From NCBI GenBank assembly GCA_951406725.2, contig OX597823.1, positions 110,298,001-110,362,000 of the forward strand: a stretch of 64,000 nt of DNA. The letters are read 5' to 3'. This DNA is from Octopus vulgaris (Eukaryota). Positions 53,444 through 64,000 of this stretch are shown in pieces. Numbering within the stretch: position 1 is the first letter of the stretch; each line of letters starts with the position of its first letter. The notes beneath the pieces were generated by a model. That model was not told where the DNA came from. It did no database searches and saw nothing but the letters and a program-made list of their open reading frames with translations. The position numbers were made by a program, and so were the translations under genes.

Positions 53444-54597
53444 AAAGAACAGCAATATCACGACGACGACGACGACGATGATGACCACCACCACCAAAAG
53501 TTACCACAAAATTGTCAGTTTGGTTTCATATTTCTGTTCTACCGTCTTCGGAACTACACGAATAAGATGGGGAGTAAGTAAAGATAGAGCGAAGGAGGTA
53601 AAATAATACAAGGAAAAGAAAGCAACGATAAAAAGAATTACAAGAAGAAGAAATCAACGAAAATTATTTTTAAAGAAAGAGAGAAGCAAGGAAGGATTTA
53701 CGTTGTTTTACAAACAATGTTATGAAGAATCTAATGCAAGCTTTCTATGCCGAGTGTGCTAGTTGTATGAGTCACACTCTTTTGATAGAATATATTCAAC
53801 TGGCGAGGTACAATAATGCAGAAACATGAGTGCTTTTAATTGTTCCAGTTAACTCCATAAGACTTTTGCATGAGAATTAACCCTTCAAACTAAATTTTAT
53901 TTCTTGAACTCATCTCTCTTTTCCATGTGAGTAATAAACAACTGCCATTAGGTTTTTTGTTGCTTCCCCCATTAAGAAGGCCATTCGGTACTTACATCCT
54001 TTATCTTAACCTATAGTATTTATTTGTTTTTAGTTCCCTTATATCATATTTGTTCAATAAATTATCGTTTATCTTGGAGTAAACCCCTTAGCAAAGCATC
54101 AACAGCTAGAACATCCTCCCCTGTGCTTCTTTTTTTATTGTTAATTTGTTGTATGTTTTGTTGGATTGTGTAATGTTGTCAATGTTGTTCAGCAATTGTG
54201 AGACACCCCATGAATTTAGCATCCCAAAGGATTGCCTGGTTTACCCAGAACATAAGGCCGGCTCTACTCGTACTTTTATACACGTCAATTCACATTCGGG
54301 TATATATCAAAATATTCAGGCGTATCTCCAACATCTCAGAGTTACATTACCTCAGTCACCCTGTAAGATAATCGATTGGTAGGAAAAATATTTGATACTG
54401 GTTTGATATTAATGAAAAGCAAAAATAATCTAGGGAACGCCAGTGTGTGATTAATTTTCTTTTGCATAAAGAATTCATGATGCGCTATACTTTCTTTATG
54501 ATCATGGCAGTAAAAAACCGGGTTTAATGATTCATCATCTGCTACCGCGGCCGTTTAAGGTAAATGGATGTCACTACAATACGAACATAGTAAATAA

Positions 54598-54913
54598 TGT
54601 TGTTTGTTGTTGTTTGTTCCTTCTCGAGCCACGCCTGGCTTATAAGGGCCGGCTTCCCGGTTTCCATGGTGTATAGGTTCCCCACTTGGACGGGACGCCG
54701 GTCCATCGCAGGTGACCTGCAAGATGCAGGAGGAAAGAGTGAGAGAAAGTTGTGGCGAAAGAGTCAGCAGACGTTCGCCATTACCTTCTGCCGGAGCCGC
54801 GTGGAGCATAGGTGTTTCGCTCATAAACACACACATCGTCCGGTCTCAGATTCGAACCCACGATCTCTCGCCCGCCAATCTGCTACTCTAACCACTAGGC
54901 CATGTGCCTCCAT
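54598..54913 (-). mobile_element. SINE family C, full length, (CAA)-type tail
   Basis: Head GGAGGCACATGGCCTAGTGGTTAG...GGTTCGAATC (A and B boxes), shared body, distinct tail CCTGCGATGGACCGGCGTCCCGTCC...CAAACAACAAC. Confidence 0.9.
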
Positions 54914-55388
54914 ATGCTAAATAATACAAATCGTTAAAATGTCTCTGAGGTATTGTTACAAGATACCTCAGGAGGTAGTTTAATGTCCTGCTGGCAGGTT
55001 TTTGGCAGGTTTATTTGGTGGTTGGCTTTGTACAACACCCAGGGAACTAATGTTTCAAGTGTGTGATTTGATCGTATCTCTGGTTATTATTGTTTAAGCT
55101 TAAGTCCTTTCTAATTGAGTAAGTCTATAATTAAAGGTGTTCCAGCTACCACTACGCTTCAGTCGTTTGTTGTGGTTAAGTCACAAACCAGCGGTATTTG
55201 AGCTTTACCTTCATCAAAATTGTTTTATGGCCACTGTCCAGTCTGTTTCTGAGTATTGTTGTTAAGTCTTACGTCATCTCTGTTTCCGAATAACTTACGT
55301 TCAACCGCTTTCCATCCATGAATACCACTCAGTTTTATGTTGCTATTGTCATTGCAACTGTTTAACGCTAGATCAGCAACAACAGCAG

Positions 55389-55801
55389 TGGAGGCGCAAT
55401 GGCCCAGTGGTTAGGGCAGCGAACTCGCGGTCGGAGGATCGCGGTTCCGATTCCCAGACCGGGCGCTGTGTGTGTTTATTGAGCGAAAACACCTAAAGCT
55501 CCACGAGACCCCGGAAGGGGGTGTGGGGTGGCGACCCCTGTTGTACTCTTTCGCCCCAAACTTTCTCTCACTCTTTCTTCCTATTTCTTGTCCCCCGACT
55601 CCCTACGCAACCACTGAGCCTGGATGCGCATTCATCCATCCATCGATGATGCTCTCGGTGTCGGGGATTGACCTGCTTTCTCTTCTGCGGGTCTTACGAA
55701 TAGCAAAGGACCACTCTTCGGACTTCTCCCATCTTGCAAACTCTGGGACGAAGACCGTTCGCTCAACAGCACAGCTCGCTCAACAGCTCAACAGCAACAA
55801 C
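55389..55801 (+). mobile_element. SINE family C, full length, third tail type
   Basis: Head GGAGGCGCAATGGCCCAGTGGTTAG...GGTTCCGATTCCC, shared body to ~55590, then a tail ending in GCTCAACAGC repeats. Confidence 0.85.
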
Positions 55802-55998
55802 TACGAGCGTGAATCAGATTATCATTTCCTGCTACTTGGAAAATAATTTGTGTTTTCTCAAGGCTTCGTTAATGAAATGCATATCGGGAAATACGATGAG
55901 AATTAGATACTGATCGATGCAGTCACGTTGCTGATTGGTCCCACAATAACTAATCATAAAGCATTTCTAAAATATCTACTAAAAACTTATATTCGCTT

Positions 55999-56954
55999 TA
56001 AGAGCTGGTAGGATTGTCTTAATTGACACGATTAAAATTGCCATTAAACACAATCTCAGCTTCCTTACACATCAGAGAAAATTGGAAAAAATTCAACTTC
56101 AGCCAAATACCGACATTGTCATAAAAATATATATTTCTTTCCTACCCACAAGGGGCTAAACACAGAGAGGACCAACAAGGACAGACAAAAGGATTAAGTC
56201 GATTAAATCGACCCCAGTGCGTAAATGGTACTTAATTTATCGACCCCGAAAGGATGAAAGGCAAAGTCGACCTCGGCGGAATTTGAACTCAGAACGTAAA
56301 GACAGACGAAGTACCTGTTTCTTTACTACCCACAAGGGGCTAAACACAGAGAGGACAAACAAGGAGAGACAAACGGATTTAGTCGATTATATTGACCCCA
56401 GTGCATAACTGGTGCTTAATTTATCGACCCCGAAAGTATGAGAGCAATGTCGACCTCGGCGTGATTTGAACTCAGAACATAACGGCAGACGAAATACCGC
56501 TAAGCATTTCGCCCGGCGTGCTAACGTTTCTGTCAGCTTGCCGCCTTAATTGCATCAAATTACCGACAATAGTTGGAATTTGGTAGCTTTGGTAGATCTT
56601 TGGCAAATTGTGGGCCTACACAAACTGAATTACTATAAGCTGGTTATCAAGGAGCTTGGTGATCTGTGAATCTGATGCCATGCGAAAATAGGAATGGATG
56701 ACGTTGGTGATACACAAGAGATTTATCAAAAGATAGTATTTTTTACTGGTACTCACATTTACGCCATTATTATGACATTCCGTCTACAGTGTTCATGCAC
56801 ACATTGCATACACATATACAAATTTACGTACGCTCGCACACATACCTATAATATATACGTACAGCAGAAAATAAAAGATAGGTTATTGACTTGTCTTGAA
56901 GAAAATCGAAAAGTAGTTTGATGATTTCTAATAGTATAAAGCATCTTTTAAAAA
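55999..56954. repeat. Segmental duplicate copy 1: X (56000-56099), SINE B dimer on minus (56130-56547), Y (56548-56954)
   Basis: X and Y recur reverse-complemented at ~59484-59583 and ~59583-59928. Confidence 0.92.
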
Positions 56955-57967
56955 TAAATTAGAATTTTCCAAGTTCATATTTTTATTAAAGTTATTATGT
57001 CTGTGAATGAATTGATTTAGCCACAGCCAGGAATCGAAAACAAGTCATTGACTTTACATTATAGAGAAGCGTATATTTTTCCATCAAAGAAATGTAAAGA
57101 AAATTTAAAGCTCTAAAGGAGTTACGATGCAATCAATCAGAAAAAGAACCAACCCTCTTCCCATTAAGAGAAAAGGAAAACAAAATGGAGAAGGCAAAGT
57201 AAATTTAACTAAAAATTAAAATAGAAAGAAACAAAAATAAAATAATTTCAATAAGCTGCATTTTTAAAACAAAGTTTGACAAAAATAATTTAAAGATGAT
57301 AATACAGCTATCATAAATGTTGAGGTTCTCCTTAATAAAAACAAAATTATATGGTGAAAACATCTTAGTTAACGTTGAAAAGAGTCCACAAAATAAAAAG
57401 GAAATTTATATATACATATATAAAAAACATTAGAATATTTCAATGATTTTGATCGACAAAGGCAATAGCAGAGCTAATGTTATCCAGTGATAAATACAAG
57501 ATGATGAAAATGAAATTTTATGCACACCACGTTGTTCTAAGTCTTTAAGTCAAGGGAGAAAATTGACAGAAGAACATTGCTGAAAAGTTAATGGATTAAG
57601 TTCTTAAAGTGTTTACTGTTAAAACATCAAGAAAAGAAGGTGGGAAATGTTAGGGAGAGATGCGATAACGGTTAATGGCAAAATGGGGGTTAGTTAGGGG
57701 AGGTGAGATTTCACTTTAATAGTTCAGAAGGAGGCTGCTCTTTAATATGACACTTAAAAATAAAAATGAATAAAACATGGACATACAATAAACAACAGAA
57801 AAATAGGACACAAAATTTACTGCAAACACACACACACACACACACACACATACAAACACATATATATATATATGTATATATACATATATACATACATATA
57901 TATATATATTAATGTACGTGTGAGTGTTGTAGACGCATGTCCGTATGTTTGTATGTATGCCCATGTG

Positions 57968-58019
<52 letters not shown>

Positions 58020-58261
58020 TATATATACATGTGTACACATACATACATATATCCATTTAGAAATATATGCGTATATATGTGTGCGTGAGAGTATGTGTGT
58101 GTACAAACTCACATGCACATAGCAAAAGAAATTAAATGAGGGTAAATGGTATTTTTTGATGAGTGTTGAAAAATAATTAAAAGCTTTGAACAAACTCTAA
58201 TATTCATGGAAAATATTTCATTACCCATCATTATATTTTTTCTTTTAACTTTACCTCCACA

Positions 58262-58347
<86 letters not shown>

Positions 58348-58378
58348 TATTATTTTTTTTTTATTATTATTATTATTT
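58262..58378. repeat. (TTA)n microsatellite
   Basis: Directly visible. Confidence 0.95.
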
Positions 58379-59239
58379 AACATATCCTCCATTTGTTTGG
58401 AGTATTTTTCGTGTTCTTTACGGATTCCTAAAATTTTACAATAACAGGTCCCGATGTCATCTATCTTATTGAAACTGTTGTAGCATGCTGATGTTTGTGA
58501 CGGTGATGATGATGATGATGATGATATTGATGTTAAAGATTATATGACGTATTAAGTAGGAGTGAAATGAATTAACCTTCTTTAAACACGATTCTTCAAT
58601 CTCATATGGCAGCCAGACCAGATTTAGAGAGAATCATTTAGGAAGTCGGCAATAAAAGACACTTTTCAGGCTACATCTGTGAGAATGTGGAAGGGTAGGA
58701 GAAGCGGCAAAGAAGCATACATATTTGTGTTGAATATTTTATTCTGAATTTTGAGGGGTTTTGTGTTGTATAGTAAGATGTTGGGAGTTTTTCCTACAAA
58801 CATAATCGCATAAAACACACACACACACATGTATGCAAAAAGAAAGAAAGACTGACAGAGAGAGAGAGAGAAAGAGAGAGAGACAGAGAAAGAAAGAGAG
58901 AAAGAGAGAGAGAGAAAGAGAGTGAGAGAGAAAGAGATCGAGAGTGAGAGAGAGAATGAGAGAAAAAGGGAGAGGAGAAGTGAGAGAGAATAGTGAATAT
59001 TTGTGTTTAAGAATTAAGGAAAAAAGGTACTCAATACGTAGATTTTTGGAATCGGTGCCGGATTTTCAAACGATTATACATTCGTATATACCCAGCAAAC
59101 ACACACGCATAACTAACAGAGCTACCCGCGTGTTGAATATATAGAATATATAGAAACATGTATTCTGGTAAACGTAAGTTACTTTACTTATAAGTGTTTT
59201 TGGAAGCGATTTATATGTAATAATATTTAAATATATTAG

Positions 59240-60530
59240 AGCGGCGACCTGGCAGAAACGTTAGCACGCAGGGCGAAATGCGTAGCCGTATTTCGTCTGC
59301 CGTTACGTTCTGAGTTCAAATTCCGCCGAGGTCGACATTGCCTTTCGTCCTTTCGGGGTCGATAAATTAAGTACCAGTTACGCACTGGGGTCGATGTAAT
59401 CGACTTAATCCCTTTGTCTGTCCTTGTTGGTCCTCTCTGTGTTTAGCCCCTTGTACGTAGTAAGGAAATATATAAGGAAATATAAGTTGAATTTTTTCCA
59501 ATTTTCTCTGATGTGTAAGGAAGCTGAGATTGTGTTTAATGGCAATTTTAATCGTGTGACTTAAGACAATCCTACCAGCTCTTTTTAAAAGATGCTTTAT
59601 ACTATTAGAAATCATCAAACTACTTTTCGATTTTCTTCAAGACAAGTCAATAACCTATCTTTTATTTTCAATGTGTGCATGAACATTGTAGACGAAATGT
59701 CATAATAATGGCGTAAATGTGAGTACCAGTAAAAAATACTATCTTTTGATAAATCCCTTGTGTATCACCAACGTCATCCATTCCTATTTTCGCATGGCAT
59801 CAGATTCACAGATCACCAAGCTCCTTGATAACCAGCTTATAGTAATTCAGTTTGTGTAGGCCCACAATTTGCCAAAGATCTACCAAAGCTACCAAATTCC
59901 AACTATTGTCGGTAAGTTGATGCAATTAAGGCGGCAAGCTGGCAGAAACGTTAGCACGCCGCGCGAAATGCTTATCGGTATTTCGTCTGCCGTTAAGTTC
60001 TGAGTTCAAATTCCGCCGCGGTCGACTTTGCTTTCATCTTTTCGGGGTCGATAAATTAAGCACCAGTTATGCACTGGGGTCGATATAATCGACTTAATCC
60101 GTTTGTCTCTCCTTGGTTGTCCTCTCTGTGTTTAGCCCCTTGTGGGTAGTAAAGAAACAGGTATTTCGTCTGTCTTTACGTTCTTTGTTGATATTCCGCC
60201 GAGGTCGACTTTGCCTTTCATCCTTTCGGGGTCGATTAAATAAGTACCAGTTATGCACTGGGGTCGATATAATCGATTTAATCCGTTTGTCTCTCCTTGC
60301 TTGTCCTCTCTGTGTTTAGCCCCTTGTGGGTAGTAAAGAGACAAGTATTTCGTCTGTCTTTACGTTCTGAGTTGAAATTCCGCCGAGGTCGACTTTGCCT
60401 TTCATCCTTTCGAGGTCGATTAAATAAGTCCCATTTACTCACTGGGGTCGATGTAATCGACTTAATCCGTTTGTCTCTCCTTGTTTGTCCTCTCTGTTTT
60501 TAGCCCTTGTGGGTAGTAAAGAAATAGGTA
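59240..60530 (+). repeat. Segmental duplicate copy 2 (inverted, permuted): SINE B monomer, X', Y', SINE B trimer
   Basis: SINE B ~59240-59470; X' 59484-59583; Y' 59583-59928 with a ~56-bp indel relative to copy 1; SINE B trimer 59929-60530. Confidence 0.92.
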
Positions 60531-61159
60531 ATTTGATGCAACGTTGGTTCAATGTGATAGATTTTAAATATCACACTGCAGCCAACTTTGCCTTTTAACT
60601 ATTCAACTTTCCGGGGTCAAGTACCGTATGCTCGATAACATCGATTAAACCTTCTTGTTAATAAATATGGCCTCTGGCCTATGATAGGAATCAATATCTG
60701 ATCGATTAGCAGAATCATTAGCTCACCGGACAAAATATTTTGCTGTATTTAGTTAAGATCTCCGAAGTCAGCTTTAACTTAAATGCTTCCCGTAGATTGA
60801 TAAAATAAAGTATCATTCTTGTTCTATAATGTTGATACAATTGACTAGATCCTTTCTGCAGAAATATATAATTTTGTGCTTAAACAACAAATTAGCATTT
60901 AAACAACAGAAGTAGCAAACAGTGAAACTATTGAAAATAATTTTATTGGCATCTAGTGCTGTGTTGAAAATTTTCCCAGGCTATGACCTATGTGCCCAAG
61001 TATCGTTCATAACTTGGCAGCATTAGACACTGCGGAAGTATAGGCATCTGTTGAGTGACTTACACAGCAGATGCTTAATGACTAGTAATTAAACGTCTTG
61101 CTTTGAAAGGAGAAAAAATGCCAGTAGTAATTGTTACTGGTTTTAAAGAAACGTAGTTA

Positions 61160-61300
61160 AAAGTTGAAAACATTTAGAAATTTTAACGGTGAGTATGTTA
61201 CATTATAAGGCACAAAAAGAAAATGACTCTCTCCAGACACAACAGAATATGCTTCAACACACGAACTCATATAAAGAATCTTGCAAACCAAATCCCAAAA
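61160..61300. repeat. Interspersed repeat, copy 2 (see 38040-38190)
   Basis: Near-identical ~110-bp core, same orientation. Confidence 0.88.
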
Positions 61301-62448
61301 CGAAACATTTAGAAAGAGTTTTGTAGAAAATACAATTTTATGCATAGGGTTAATGGCTAGAAATTCTTGGGCACTTGTTTATGCGTGTAAGAGTGTGAGT
61401 GCATGTGTGGTGTGTGGTTGTGTGTGTGTGTGTGTGTGTTCAATGGCTTAAAAGCAATTTCACCTCCTTCAACAGGATAAACGCACAAACACAACACAAT
61501 CTTATCACCTCTATCTTAAGAATATCAACAGCAGACAACCAAAAGCTTTAAGATCATTACAAATGCTAAACTTTACCATCCAGAAGGAACGACCCTGGTA
61601 ACACAGATCCCCATCAAGTAAAATTTGTATTACAAAGAAAGACCTTCCGCTTCAATGTCCGAAAAAAACTTCAACCAACGACAATAACTAAGTTGGTAAC
61701 ACAGGTGAGATACAATATACTTGTTATTATGGTTGCTTGACGAAATATGGTGTTCCTACCAGCTATTAATATGTACGTACCTGATACCAGTAATGTGTTT
61801 ATGTAAAACTATTATACCCCGCTGTGTTACATCGTTAAATTTAATGGGTATTTAAGCAGTGCCCGTGAATGGTTAATGGGTTGAATGTGGTGCTCAAAAA
61901 GGAGCAATAACATCTGAAAATTCATATATAGACTATTGAGACCTATTTTAAAAGGGATACGCACACACGCACACACACATATACATATCAAAAAGTAATT
62001 TGCTTAATTAAAATTAATATTTTGTAAGAGAAATGGCTTAGCAGAAGAGACGATTGCTGAGGGAACGACACATAGATGGGGAGCCGGACGATGTGACTAA
62101 TCTTAGAAGAATCAGAAACAAGGAAAGAAATAACGACAATTCAGTACCTTGCAAATAACGATAACAAATGAATGAGCCAGTGCAGTAAAAATGCAATCGA
62201 TGCTGAATGGTCCTCAGAAATAAAAAAGTGCAACAGTGGAAGAAAGAAATACAGAAGGGAAGATCTGAGAAACAAATTAACATTAAGAGGAATGGTAGGA
62301 CGGTAGATATTGAACCAAAATTTCATTTATTTTCAAAGTTAACATGAACACGTACAGTAATACTAATACACAGATATAATGTATGAGCGTGTGTCTGTAT
62401 GTAGGTGTAATTATGTATATGCGTATATTAGCCTCCCTCTTTCTCTTT

Positions 62449-62516
<68 letters not shown>

Positions 62517-62654
62517 ATATATATATGCATATATATATACATATATATGTATATATACATATATATATATACATACATATATATACACATAAATATGTAG
62601 ATCTATATCTATGCTCGCGCACGTAAACACACACAGAATTACATATGCAATATG

Positions 62655-62725
<71 letters not shown>

Positions 62726-62762
62726 ATTCATGCACATAATTACATATATATATATGTTCGTG

Positions 62763-62845
<83 letters not shown>

Positions 62846-63685
62846 TGTACGCACACAACCACAAACATTATCCATACATTCCCATCGTTATCAAAGGAAA
62901 AGATGGCCGCTATAACTGAAAATTCATAAACTTATCATCGAGCTTCTTTCTAATTAATCAGACCCCTTTTACCAGACCGTCTTTTAATTTCCTGTCGTTC
63001 TCTTCTGCTAGGAATGTCTACTGGTGTATTCTGGCTGCTGCCATGTCAACTGGTGGTTGGTGCTTCCATCTGGTTAACTTATTTGGCCAGCAAATGTTGT
63101 CTTTAGAAGAGAATGGTATTTGTTTAAATATACATACATAACCATTTACAACTTTACGTAGTAATCACTAACATCATCGCCATAATCGTGACCACGTGAC
63201 AATCATCAATGCTTATATCACCATCGTCATCACCACCATCATCATTAGCAGCATTAACAGTGTCGTCGTCGTCGTCGTCGTTCCCGTTGTCATCGTCATC
63301 ATCCTCATCATCAGCATCATCGTCGTGGTCGTTGTCGTCATCATCAACTTCATCAATATCTGTACAATCAATATTACTACATTATTATCCATCACACATC
63401 AACATTTCCACTGTCTCTCATCCCAATATATAAAGGTCCTCTTGATCAAATATTTATCTATAAACTCATATCTCAACATATTTTAATCACACCGAGAAGG
63501 AAATTTTAAGCTACAGCTCAAGATAAAGTGAGATTATGGATTTAAGCAGAGAAGCTGTATAATCATTAAGAAGAAAATATTCATTATGTGTACATGTGTG
63601 AGTACATGTATGTAACATGCTTACATGTATACACAGATGTATGTATATATATGTATGCGTGTATGTATGTATATGCATATATATG

Positions 63686-63725
<40 letters not shown>

Positions 63726-63733
63726 TATGCATA

Positions 63734-63777
<44 letters not shown>

Positions 63778-64000
63778 CACAGACATATGCATATATCCAT
63801 CTATATACGTAGACATAAGAATATATAAATATGTGTCTGTGCATGTGAGCATATTCACAGATACACACACACACATTTGTGTGTGTGCATATTTAATTAT
63901 ATAGTATATATGTACTATATTGATATATATATATATATAAATATAGGTATTAATATCTATATTTATACAACTATGCGTATACGTAAATATATTTGTGTGT

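Noticed and set aside
54146-54382. 78-aa ORF with AG/GT boundaries
   Set aside because: Two frames are open, no recognisable homology and no partner exon.
55389-55465. tRNA genes at SINE heads (also 14915 and 54840-54913)
   Set aside because: A and B boxes are present but no complete cloverleaf; each continues into a SINE body.
59929-60530. Regular tandem repeats resembling a CRISPR array or satellite
   Set aside because: ~185-bp SINE B units without unique spacers; eukaryotic context and no cas genes.

Overview
AT-rich, microsatellite-saturated eukaryotic (animal) DNA with no confidently intact protein-coding gene. The SINE sequences and repeat landscape suggest an octopus or related coleoid cephalopod, probably intergenic or within a long intron (inference from recalled repeat families, not a search). 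Nearly all ORF-track entries are translations of simple repeats. Supportable features are transposon relics: two Tc1, one mariner, a probable hAT, a Helitron PIF1 helicase fragment, a Helentron-type non-autonomous element, CR1/L2-type, HERO-type and Dong/R4-type LINE fragments, three tRNA-headed SINE families, and several (TA)n-bounded Penelope-like terminal fragments with fold-backs and minimal hammerhead motifs. Most notable: (1) a 1.65-kb, TSD-flanked retroposon encoding only an L1/Tx1-type ORF1 (HAL1-like); (2) a 5S rRNA head fused to a 3' tail also seen on a SINE and a LINE in this window; (3) a ~950-bp segment duplicated in inverted, circularly permuted order, as expected from reintegration of a DNA circle; (4) six hammerhead-like motifs; (5) multimeric and tail-swapped SINEs. 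Coordinates were read by eye; element boundaries are approximate.
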